64,000 bases of DNA from an uncultured Fibrobacterota bacterium (GTDB lineage Bacteria; Fibrobacterota; Chitinivibrionia; Chitinivibrionales; FEN-1185). The position numbers and the translations under genes were made by a program. Below are positions 48,499 to 58,100 of this stretch, piece after piece. The stretch covers positions 96,001 through 160,000 of the forward strand of contig CAVSQB010000019.1 of the NCBI GenBank assembly GCA_963729895.1. The letters run 5' to 3'. How positions within the stretch are numbered: position 1 is the stretch's first letter; each line of letters begins with the position of its first letter. The notes under the pieces were generated by a model. It was not told the DNA's origin and ran no database searches. It worked only from the letters and a program-made list of their open reading frames with translations.

Positions 48499-49170
48499 TC
48501 ACACTCCGTATTCCGCCCGGTACCGGTCTATGTCCGCTTTCACGGCGTCGGTGACGAGTGTTGCGCCGCCGATCTCGCGTTTGTACAAAAAGGAGACGAT
48601 GTCGTCGATCGTGACGATGGCCGCCGCTTCCACGCCGCAGGCGCGGGACGCCTCGGCAAGCGCGCTTGCCCCGCCGGGGCCCTTTTCCATCCTGTCGACC
48701 GACACCACCAGGGCTCGCAGCACGATCCCGGTAAATCCGGACAGGATTGCCGCAGACTCTTTTGCCGACGTACCGGCGGTTATCACGTCGTCGACGATCA
48801 CAATCCTGTCGCCCGCAACGGGCGTACGGCCGATGATGCTTCCGCCTTCCCCGTGGTCCTTGGCCTCTTTCCGGTTGAAACACACCGAAACATCGTGGTT
48901 GTACAGCCGGTGAAGTGCAATGGCGGCGCTCACGGCTATCGGAATCCCCTTGTAGGCCGGCCCGAACAGGACGTTGAAATCGCTGCCCAGGCGAGCCTGC
49001 ATCGCGGCCGCGTAGAACTCGCCGAGCATGGCCATCTGGGAGCCGGTCCTGTAATTCCCGGTGTTGATGAAATACGGCGTGCGGCGGCCGCTCTTGGTGA
49101 CAAAGCTGCCGAACGTGAGCACGCCCGCGCGCACCATGAACGCGATGAAATCCTGCTTGTATTGTTCCAT
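48499..49170 (-). CDS. pyrE: Orotate phosphoribosyltransferase
   Basis: F.TKSGR..PYF, GPAYKGIP, RKEAKDHGEGG, VDDVITAG motifs. Confidence 0.95.
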   Translation of the reverse strand: MEQYKQDFIAFMVRAGVLTFGSFVTKSGRRTPYFINTGNYRTGSQMAMLGEFYAAAMQARLGSDFNVLFGPAYKGIPIAVSAAIALHRLYNHDVSVCFNRKEAKDHGEGGSIIGRTPVAGDRIVIVDDVITAGTSAKESAAILSGFTGIVLRALVVSVDRMEKGPGGASALAEASRACGVEAAAIVTIDDIVSFLYKREIGGATLVTDAVKADIDRYRAEYGV

Positions 49171-49193
49171 TGGAAACCCCTGAGGATAACCTC

Positions 49194-50015
49194 TCAACTC
49201 TTCAACTCTTCAACTTCCTGGATTTCAATTTTCATTCCGTCGTACGAAAACTCCATCCACGGTTCGATCTTCGCGGCATCGGCCCGGTAGTGGATGTCGT
49301 GGCTCATGTGGGTAAAGCAGCACCGTTTGGGCCGAAGCTCGCGGGCAAGCCGCACGCTCTGTTCGAGCACCAGATGGCTTGCATGTTCCCGCGTTTCCCT
49401 GAGACAATTGAGAATGAGCACATCGAGCCCGGCTAGGGATTCCATCACGTGCGGCCGGAGCGATTTGAGGTCGGGCAGGTAGGCCATGGCGCCGATGCGG
49501 TAGCCGAAGCAGCCGGCCAGGTCACCGTGCTCCACCGGCAGGGGTAGGACTCGTTTCCCGAAAAGCGAAAACGGCCCGCTCACGGCATTGGTTGCGATTG
49601 ACGGAATTCCTCCTCCCCGGAAGGCCGCGGGATCGAATACGTAGGGGAACGACGTCCGTATGGCGTCCATGCTTTCGGGTGAACCGAAGAAGTCGAGGGG
49701 CGCCGCGCGCTGCGCGGTGTACGAGCGGATATCGGGAATCCCGCCGATGTGGTCGGCATGGCGATGGGTGATGAGCACCGCGTGGATCGCCGGGATTTTC
49801 TCCCGGAGCGCCTGTTCCCTGAAATCAAGAGATACGTCGATGAGGACGAGCGAGCCGCCGAATTCGACCAGGATGGAAGAACGCGTGCGTCGGTGTTTTG
49901 CGTCCGCCGCGGAAAGCCTGCACACGTCTTTTGCGCACAGCCGGTGGCCGTTGAGCATGCAGTCGATGGAAGGGACCCCATGCGACGTGCCGGTGCCGAG
50001 AAAGGTTATGTTCAT
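49194..50015 (-). CDS. MBL-fold metallo-hydrolase (PhnP-like)
   Basis: LGTGTS.GVP, THRHADHIGG, THMSH motifs. Confidence 0.9.
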   Translation of the reverse strand: MNITFLGTGTSHGVPSIDCMLNGHRLCAKDVCRLSAADAKHRRTRSSILVEFGGSLVLIDVSLDFREQALREKIPAIHAVLITHRHADHIGGIPDIRSYTAQRAAPLDFFGSPESMDAIRTSFPYVFDPAAFRGGGIPSIATNAVSGPFSLFGKRVLPLPVEHGDLAGCFGYRIGAMAYLPDLKSLRPHVMESLAGLDVLILNCLRETREHASHLVLEQSVRLARELRPKRCCFTHMSHDIHYRADAAKIEPWMEFSYDGMKIEIQEVEELKS

Positions 50016-50639
50016 CGATGCCTGGCCCCGGAAAGCGGGCGACGATTTATCAGGAGTTTCTGTGCGAAAAATACTTTATGCTGTCCTGATCTCCCATGAA
50101 TTAGAACTTGGCGATGATAGCAAGCTTTAGTTTTGGTGGGGGCACCGCTTGATCAGTTTTTGGAAGAGCTGGGCGCTCCCCCATGCATTGACGTATAAGT
50201 GTCCGTCAATGCATGCGGTCGGTCTCCCTCCGGGCTCGGCCAAAGGCCTCGGTGCCCCACTGCCCCCACGGCCCTTCGGGCCGGGGTCAGGCGGCCCTCC
50301 CGCTTTGGCGGGACCGCTCCGGTCCACCTAGCGCTCGCAATACAGCCTAATTGCGCAATCGTCATCATTACTTTCAACAGTCACCTGTCAATTTTTGTGT
50401 TCGTTTCTGGGTGCCCCCACAAATGACCTATTCACTTTTCATTTTCTCCCTCTCCTATGGGAGAGGGCGGGGTGAGGTTGTTGACGCTTGCAGCTGGCCG
50501 TGCTTGGGGTGCACCTGCCGAGGAGGTGTGCCCCCGGATCGCCGGCGCGCAGCGCCGGAAGCCGGGGGCCAGGGGGAAACTTCCCCCAAGAAATAAATTT
50601 ATAAATGCAAAGGGTCCTTCGTGAACTATTTTTTTATGT

Positions 50640-51839
50640 ATGGATGAATCCAAACGAGCAGGCCTGCTCGATCTTCTTATCGTGCTTCTCGAACGGAAAT
50701 GGCTTCTGTGCGCCGGGGTGCTGGTATTCTGCGCCGCGGGGATCGTGCTGAGCGGCTTGATGGCCAAATCATTCACCGCCACGGCCGTCATCATGAAGCC
50801 GGCCTCCGCGATGCCGGGGCTCGGCGCGCTGCTCGGCAAGGATCTCCCCGTTTCCGGCCTGCTCAAGTCGCTGGACATTACCGGGGGAAGCGATGCCGAC
50901 AACTTCATGAGCGTTCTCAAGAGCAGGAGGCTCGAAGAGAAAGTGGTTGACAGGTTCAACCTTGTCCGGTACTACGGTTTTGCAAAAAGGAAGAACTACT
51001 ATATCGAAGACGTCTTGAAACGGGCGGAGAAGAGCGCGAAGGTGAAGCAAAACGATTTCGGCAACATCGAGGTGGCGGTCACCGATACGAGCCCGGCCAT
51101 GGCCGCGGCCATGGCAAATTTCATGCTTTTGGAACTCGATACCATCACCTACCACCTGGCGCGGGAAAGCGCGATGAACTCGCGGGTCTTCTTTGAGGAA
51201 CGCCTCGCCCTGGTCAAGCAGGACCTCGATACGGCGGCGCAGCGGCTGGCCCTTTTCAAAACGGAAAACAAATACATCGATCTCGAACAGCAGACCAAAT
51301 CGTCCGTGGAAGCGCTCGCGCAGTTCGAAGCGCAGGACATGGCGCTCGACCTGGAGATCGGGCAATTGCAGAGCAGATTCGGCGCCGGCAACCAGCGGAT
51401 CGCAGAATTGCAAAAGGAGAAGAGCGTCGTCCGGAAGAACATCAACGAGTTCATGGCGTCGGGCGGGGGCAACCTCATCATCGCGCTCAAAGACGCGCCG
51501 GAAAAGGCCGTGCGGTACGGGTACCTGCTGCGTGACGCGAAGATCCAGGAATCGCTGTACGAGTTTGTTCTTCAATTGTGCGAGCAGGCGAGGTTCTCCG
51601 AGTCCAACAACGTTCCGGCCGTTCAGGTTCTCGAATACGCGCAGGTCCCGCAGAGAAAGACGCGTCCCCACCGCACGGCGGTCTGCCTGGTTTTCCTGTG
51701 CATGGGCTTTGCCCTCACGTCGCTGTACATCGTGGGAGGGAAGTGGTTTGCAGGGCAGAAACGGCTCAATACAACGCTGTATTCCAAGACGATGCATGCC
51801 CTCAAATTGCTTTTGTCAATTAAGAGGCAAGAAATCTAG
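50640..51839 (+). CDS. Polysaccharide co-polymerase / chain-length determinant (Wzz/Wzc-N-like)
   Basis: Two terminal TM helices, coiled-coil periplasmic region, A..P....P motif before the C-terminal TM. Confidence 0.8.
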   Translation: MDESKRAGLLDLLIVLLERKWLLCAGVLVFCAAGIVLSGLMAKSFTATAVIMKPASAMPGLGALLGKDLPVSGLLKSLDITGGSDADNFMSVLKSRRLEEKVVDRFNLVRYYGFAKRKNYYIEDVLKRAEKSAKVKQNDFGNIEVAVTDTSPAMAAAMANFMLLELDTITYHLARESAMNSRVFFEERLALVKQDLDTAAQRLALFKTENKYIDLEQQTKSSVEALAQFEAQDMALDLEIGQLQSRFGAGNQRIAELQKEKSVVRKNINEFMASGGGNLIIALKDAPEKAVRYGYLLRDAKIQESLYEFVLQLCEQARFSESNNVPAVQVLEYAQVPQRKTRPHRTAVCLVFLCMGFALTSLYIVGGKWFAGQKRLNTTLYSKTMHALKLLLSIKRQEI

Positions 51840-52212
51840 AAGACATCCGGGCGTTCCCTCGTTCAGGTTAAAAATTACAATGCCTCTGGATAGCAGTGCC
51901 GGGTGCGCCCAGGCACCTCCCTTGAACAAATCCAAGCACCTGCTGGGGGCACCCACGTGAGAGCGGCTGTTATGTTGACACCCGCGAATTGTCGTTTTTC
52001 TTTCCCCATCAGCGCCGACCCTGAGGCCGGAAAATAATAATCCAGTACTTTTGCTTGGCCGAGCCGGAAATCTTAATAAATAAATGTTTCCGGATGGCTG
52101 AGCCGGGTGACCCCAAAGAGGGAGTTGGGGCAAGAATCCAATCCTCTGCTGTGGGGCACCCACGTGAGAGGATCTGCTGTGTTGACACCAGCGAATTGTC
52201 GCTTTTCTTTCC

Positions 52213-52423
52213 CCATCAGCGCCGACCCTGAGGCCGGAGGATTTGGCCGCTCGCGTTGTTTGAGCGCGGCACCCTTTCGGGTTTTCACCTTTGTCATGCC
52301 GCGCGAGTTCGTGAGCGGCCCGAAGGCCGAAGGATCGGGCGGCGCTGCGGGGTGGCCTTTTTGCCTACTTTTTTGGCTATAGAAAAAAGTAGGGCGTCGT
52401 GCGGGGGCGCAACCCCGCAGTAC
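52213..52423. repeat. Structured repeat family B, full copy
   Basis: Homologous to 38769-38983. Confidence 0.8.
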
Positions 52424-52521
52424 CGTTATGCATGGGCCGAAGCAGCCTATTGGATGTCCGCCTTCTCATTATTCCGTAGAGCAAAATTGTTCGTTAAAGA
52501 ATCTCACAAACGCGTTTGCAC

Positions 52522-52548
52522 AAAAAAAACAGGGCCTTAGCCCTGTTT
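52522..52548 (-). terminator. Intrinsic terminator downstream of rpmA
   Basis: Minus-strand hairpin AAACAGGGC-TAAG-GCCCTGTTT followed by a U-run. Confidence 0.75.
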
Positions 52549-52594
52549 CTCATTTTCCGTGTGAGGAAGAAAAGCAAAATCTTGACGTGCCCGG

Positions 52595-52849
52595 CTACGC
52601 CGGAATAACATGCACCTTCTTGCGGTCCTGCGCGCCGGTGCGGAATTGAACGATGCCGTCGGCCAGCGCAAAGAGCGTGTCGTCTTTTCCTTTGCCCACG
52701 TTGAGGCCGGGATGAATGACCGATCCCTTCTGGCGGACGATGATGTTCCCCGCCAACACTTTTTCCCCGCCGTATTTCTTGACGCCGCGGTTCTGCGGAT
52801 TGCTGTCGCGTCCGTTGACGCTGCTCCCGCCGCCCTTCTTGTGTGCCAT
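52595..52849 (-). CDS. rpmA: 50S ribosomal protein L27
   Basis: [15 protein letters not shown] signature. Confidence 0.98.
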   Translation of the reverse strand: MAHKKGGGSSVNGRDSNPQNRGVKKYGGEKVLAGNIIVRQKGSVIHPGLNVGKGKDDTLFALADGIVQFRTGAQDRKKVHVIPA

Positions 52850-52889
52850 GGTGAGTTCCTTTACTTATGAAAACGTTGGTTTCTTCCCA

Positions 52890-52983
52890 GCCCCCTAAAT
52901 CCCCCGAAGGGGGACTTGCAAGGAGTTGGGGCCGCCAAAGAATCGCTGTCCTAATAAGTCCCCCTCCGGGGGATTTAGGGGGC
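52890..52983. repeat. REP-like 28-bp inverted repeat pair between rplU and rpmA
   Basis: GCCCCCTAAATCCCCCGAAGGGGGACTT ... AAGTCCCCCTCCGGGGGATTTAGGGGGC (one mismatch). Confidence 0.85.
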
Positions 52984-53011
52984 GGCTCCCACCGTATTCT
53001 TCCGCGGCAGG

Positions 53012-53323
53012 CTATGCCGTGATCGAGACGATCTCGAGCGTGGTATGCAACTGCCGGTGGCCGGTCCTTTTCTTATAGTTCTTTCTTCGTTTCTTCTTCA
53101 TGATGATCACTTTGTCGCCCTTGATATGGTCGAGGACCTTGGCCTTGACCACGGCGCCGTCCACCAGCGGGGTCCCGATCTTGATTGTGCCGCCCTCGCC
53201 CACCATGAGCACTTTCTGAATGGCAATCTCGCTGCCCTTCTCGGCGTCGATCCTGGGCACCCGGATGGTGTCCCCCTGGGACACCTTGAACTGAAAACCG
53301 TCCTGTTCGACTATGGAAAACAT
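53012..53323 (-). CDS. rplU: 50S ribosomal protein L21
   Basis: G.QFKV..GD, IGTP.V.GA.V, KRRKNY....GHRQ. Confidence 0.97.
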   Translation of the reverse strand: MFSIVEQDGFQFKVSQGDTIRVPRIDAEKGSEIAIQKVLMVGEGGTIKIGTPLVDGAVVKAKVLDHIKGDKVIIMKKKRRKNYKKRTGHRQLHTTLEIVSITA

Positions 53324-53394
53324 TGAAGCACTCCCGCTTTCCCGGCGTTCGAGGACTCTTTGTGAGGCATTCCCGGCCGGATAGGAAATTTTTT

Positions 53395-53424
53395 AATATA
53401 CATTGCCGACGAATTTTGAGTCAA
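53395..53424 (-). promoter_or_regulatory. Putative promoter of rplU-rpmA
   Basis: TTGACT-N18-TATATT. Confidence 0.45.
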
Positions 53425-53444
53425 TCAAATTACCGGAGAAGATT

Positions 53445-53588
53445 TACCGCAGAGGCGCGAAGGACGCAAAGAATCGCAAAGTGAATTGTAACTGAAGATT
53501 GCCGCGCTTCTGTTCTTCTCTGTGCACTCTGTGTCTCTGTGGTGAATCTTCCTTCTCTTCTCTGCGTTCTTTGCGCCTTTGCGGTGAG
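53445..53588. repeat. Opposed nonamer-periodic arrays (ACCGCAGAGGCGCGAAG.. versus ..CTCTGTGTCTCTGTGGTGA / ..CTTTGCGCCTTTGCGGTGA)
   Basis: Read directly from the sequence. Confidence 0.75.
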
Positions 53589-53596
53589 TCTTCTTT

Positions 53597-55135
53597 TCAG
53601 ATGTACTTGGACGTAATCGGCTTTGACCCGCCCTTGGGATAGAATTCGTAGTCGTCCTGGTCGAGGTCCTCGTCTTTTTGAACGGTGAGCCTGAAATGGT
53701 GCTCCTGTTCGAGCTTCCGGAGCATCTGGCTGTTTTCCCGGGTGAGATACGCGGCGACCGCCGGATTCACCGCGAGATTGAGTTCGCGGGGGGTATCGTG
53801 GGAATCGGCGCGGTTGAGCCAGCGGTCGATGCGCGCCGTGACCGTGGCCGGCGAGAACACCCATCCGATCCCGTTGCACACGTTGCACACATCGGTGTAC
53901 AATTCCTGGAGTTCGGGGCGCACGCGCTTGCGCGTTATTTCCATGAGGCCGAATTTCGACAGGCCGGTGATTGACGTTGCGGAAGGGTCGTTCCTGAGAA
54001 GCCTGCGCATCTCGTCTTCGATCTTCCTGCGGTTGTCGGCCTTCTCCATGTCGATGAAATCGATCACGATGATCCCGCCGATGTCGCGCAGCCGGAACTG
54101 GCGCGCAATTTCGTGCGCCGCCTCCAGGTTGGTCTTGAAAATCGTTTCTTCCAGGTTGAACTTGCCCACGTTCCTGCCGGTGTTGACGTCGATGGCCAGG
54201 AGCGCCTCGGCGTGGTCGAACAGGATATAGCCGCCGTTCTTGAGCCACACCTTGCGTTTAAGCGAAAGTTCGAGGTCTTTTTCGATATTGAATTTGTCGA
54301 ACAGCGGCGTCTTGTCTTTGTAATGCACCACCTTCCCGCACAAATCGGGGGAAACCGATTTCAGGTACGACTGGATCTCGGCGAAATCGTCGTCCTGGTC
54401 AACGTACACCTCCGTCACCTCCTCGGAGAACAGGTCGCGGATCACCCGCGTGGTAATGCCCATCTCCCGGTACACCAGCTTGGGCGCGCTCCCGGTGAGG
54501 GCCTCTTCCTGCGTGTTTCTCCATTTGTCGATGAGCGACTGCATCTCCTTGACAAATTCTGGTTCGGCCACCTTGAGGCCGATGGTGCGCACGATAAAGC
54601 CGATGCCGCGCGGCTTGAGCGCCGCGATCAGTTTCTTGAGCTTGACGCGTTTCTTGTCGTCGCTTGTTTTTTTCGACACGCCGATGAAATCGGCGTCGGG
54701 CACCAGCACCAGAAACCTGCCCGCCAGGCTTATCTGCGTGGTCACCTTTGCGCCCTTGGTTCCGATGGGCTCCTTTATCACCTGGACGACGATTTCCTGG
54801 CCCTCTTCGAGCACTTTCTCTATGGGAACCCGGATCACTTTCCTGCGCTTGCTCCTGCCCTGGTCCATGTACCGTTCCGCAAGGGAATCCGCCTCTTCGA
54901 GGAGCAGCGACGGGTCCACGTCGGATGCGTGGAGGAACGCCGCCTTTTCGAGCCCGATGTCCACGAATGCGGCCTGGATGCCCGGAAGGATGGATACGAT
55001 TTTCCCACGGTAAATGTTCCCCACGAACCGCAGACTGTCGGGGCGTTCCACCACGAGTTCCACCACGCGCTCGTTCTCGAGCAGCGCCGCCCGTTTTTCG
55101 GTCGGCGTTGCCGTAAACAGGATCTTTTTTCCCAT
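53597..55135 (-). CDS. rng: Ribonuclease E/G family (Rne/Rng)
   Basis: GNIY.G....LPG.QAAFVDIG, IDVNTG, LRDIGGIIVIDFIDM motifs. Confidence 0.93.
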   Translation of the reverse strand: MGKKILFTATPTEKRAALLENERVVELVVERPDSLRFVGNIYRGKIVSILPGIQAAFVDIGLEKAAFLHASDVDPSLLLEEADSLAERYMDQGRSKRRKVIRVPIEKVLEEGQEIVVQVIKEPIGTKGAKVTTQISLAGRFLVLVPDADFIGVSKKTSDDKKRVKLKKLIAALKPRGIGFIVRTIGLKVAEPEFVKEMQSLIDKWRNTQEEALTGSAPKLVYREMGITTRVIRDLFSEEVTEVYVDQDDDFAEIQSYLKSVSPDLCGKVVHYKDKTPLFDKFNIEKDLELSLKRKVWLKNGGYILFDHAEALLAIDVNTGRNVGKFNLEETIFKTNLEAAHEIARQFRLRDIGGIIVIDFIDMEKADNRRKIEDEMRRLLRNDPSATSITGLSKFGLMEITRKRVRPELQELYTDVCNVCNGIGWVFSPATVTARIDRWLNRADSHDTPRELNLAVNPAVAAYLTRENSQMLRKLEQEHHFRLTVQKDEDLDQDDYEFYPKGGSKPITSKYI

Positions 55136-55149
55136 GGACTGGTCCGGGG

Positions 55150-58100
55150 CTAGGGGTTAAAGCGGATCTCGACTGACAAAGAGAAAATATTTGATGTCGT
55201 TGTCGACTGCGTGGTCTTATTTTGCGAGCCCGTGTACTTGAATTCGCCGGTGACGTTGTCGGTAAAGTCGTAGGACGCGTGCGGCGTGACGCTTATGAGG
55301 GCGGTGTTGGTGGTGGTGGGCGCCACACCGCTCGACCTCGAGTCGGTGGTGCTGGTAGTGTATTCACCTTCCGCACCGGCCACAAGCCTGCCCACAATGG
55401 GTATCTTCCACATCAGGAACTTGAGTTCCTTGACGCCGGAAGACTTGCTGACCTCGTACTTTATGGCCACCTTGTTGCTGTTGTCAATAGTCCGTGAATA
55501 GCTGCTGCTCCCGCTGCTCGAATCCGATTTCCACCCGTAGGAGTAGGAATAGTCAAGCGTGACGGGCCACTTCTTGAGCACGCCTTGGAAGCCGACGAGC
55601 GGCGATAACTTGTAGGCGGTGCTGATGCTCCTGTCCTTGGTGGATGCGGTGGCCGTGGAGTGCACCTTCAGCTGGTAACTGAAGTTCTGCGACAGGGTGA
55701 CGGTCTGCATGTACCGCGGGACAAAAGCGATTTTGTTGAGGATGCCCGACTTTGCGCTTTCGGAAAAATCGGGCCAGGTGACGGTGGTGTCGGTTGTGGT
55801 GGTGTCGGGACGGACGACATAGTTGCGGCCCCATTTGAGGCTGATGCCGGAAAACGTGATGTCGATCGGCTGCGGAATGTTGAAATTCGTGCTGAGGGAC
55901 AGGTTCATGTCGGACGTCCGCTGGTCGTTCTGCGCGAGGGTGGTCGCCAGGTCCGGCCGAAATTTCATGCCGCCGAACGCCTTGTCGGACATGTTGCCGG
56001 TCACGATGTCCCAGGCATTGCGGTCCGAAAGCCCCACTTGATACAGGTAGAATTGCTCCCGGGAAATGTTTTGCATGACGTCGGTGCTCATGTTGTCGTT
56101 GACAAGCGAGGCCTTGGCGCTGTAATCGAACGTGAGGCTGTTGAACGAGATCTTGTTGATGGCCGCGGAAATGGAGTTGAACACCGCGGCCATGGACTTG
56201 AAGTTGGCGAACCCGCCTGCCAGGTTCTTGAACAGCGACGCAAGGGTGAGCGTACTTGACAAATGGAATGTCCGGTCGACCCCCATGTTCTGATACTTGG
56301 TGGTGTCGTTGGACAGGGTGGTGGCGTTCTCGTGAAAGTTTGCGGAGTAGTCGAACGAGTGGCTGAGCCAGTCGAGAAACGAAGGGTCGAACTTGAGGGT
56401 CGCGCCCTGGGTGCGCGAACGCTCGCCGTACAGAATATCGTAGCGCTTCCAGGTGGGGTCCGTCTGCGCCACGTCGTTGATGAGAAAGCTGTGCCAGTTC
56501 TTTTGCAGGTTGGAGGTGGTGACGGCGCTGTCGAGGTTCCTGGTGACGGCGAGGTTATAGCTGAAGTCAAGAATGTTGATCGGATCGTACACCAGGTTCA
56601 TCCGGTGGTCGAGTTCGAGTTTCTTGGTGACGGTTGTGTCGAGCGCTTCTCCCTGGATCGACTTCTCGTTGGAATAGGTGACCTCCGCGATGTCGAAGGT
56701 AAGCGTGGTGGGAAGGTAGTTGAACTCATAATTCTTGATGCGCTGCGGCAACCACAGCAGCTTTGATTTTTCGAACGGCTTGAACTTGTAGTACTTGGGG
56801 TCCAGCGAGGGCGTCAGATTATACTTGAGCGTGCCGTGGTACGTCTGGAGCGTGTCTTTGTCGAGCACGTCTTCGCCGCCTTCGGTGCGCTCGCCTCTTC
56901 CCGTTTCGGAAGCCTTGAGCGACGAGGAAAAATCTACGGCGGTCCTGTCGAGCAGCATGTCGACAAAGGGGTTGTGCGACTGCGTCTTCTTTGCATATCC
57001 CGTCCACCAGTCCCTCTGAAAAGAGGTCGTCTGGTAATGCCTGGAGGCGGTTGTGTCCGGATCGAACACGCGCCTTCCCACGATCATGTCGATGGCGTCC
57101 TTGTACATCTCCATCAGGCCGTCCGGCGAGCCGTCGGCGTGCAGCAGGTAGATGTCGGAACTCGGCTTGATCTCCGGCCGGGTGAGCGATTCCTGCAGCC
57201 GGGTGCCCAGCGGGATGTCGATGCCCCACCGGTCGGGCAGAAACTTGCTCAGCTTCCCGTCGAGGCTGAGGTTCGCGGAAAGCTGGGAGTTGCCGAGGCC
57301 GATATTCGCGTCCGTCATCCGCCGGAAGTTGCCGTCCGCGTAATCGATGCCCAGGGAGAAGTTGACGAAATCGGCCCACTTGGTGGTGAGGTACACGCGG
57401 CCCGCCCACCCGTCGAGCGTCTTGATGCCGTTCACTTTCATTTCGTCGACCCACACGTCTCCGTGCCAGCTCCCGGTGAGCCCGAGCGAATCGCGCGCAA
57501 CGCCCAGCGCCATCCAGGTGATGTTGGCGAAACTGGGCGAGCGTCCCTGCGGCGCCCGTGCGGAAAGAATGCAATTGCCGGACTGCACGCTCGTGTTGAG
57601 CAGAACGGTGTCGCCATTGTGAACCTGGTACAGGAGCTTCATGTCGGAGATGTCCTTGAGGTGGATGTCCATGGTCTGCCACCCCGCAAGGAGGGGCGTT
57701 TTGGCCTCATAGTAGGTGGAATCGTCCGTGCCGAACTTGAGGAAGGACCAGAAACCGGCGCGCGTGGTGTCGCCGTGGAACATCACCGACAAATCGGAAT
57801 AGGCAGAAACGTTGAGCGGCTGAAACGCAAGGCTCCGCTCCACCTGCGCAATGTCTCCCGACTGGATGTCGTTGTAGGTGAGATCAAGCGCGGTTTCGCG
57901 CGCGAGGTTGCCCTGGACCGTGGTTGCGCGGTACACGCCGGGCGGCGGAGAGTAGGTCTTTGCGTTTTCGTCCGTGTTTACCGTGGACACCGCAAGCTTT
58001 ACCTCCTGCACGGAATCCGCAAGGAAATTGGGCGTCTCGAGCCACTGGTTTCCAACAAACTGGATGCCTGCGAACTTGATGGTGTTGGTTGTATGCATTT

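Noticed and set aside
41719..52164. Family A repeats as a CRISPR array
   Set aside because: The copies are dispersed and irregularly spaced, the spacers resemble each other, and there are no cas genes.
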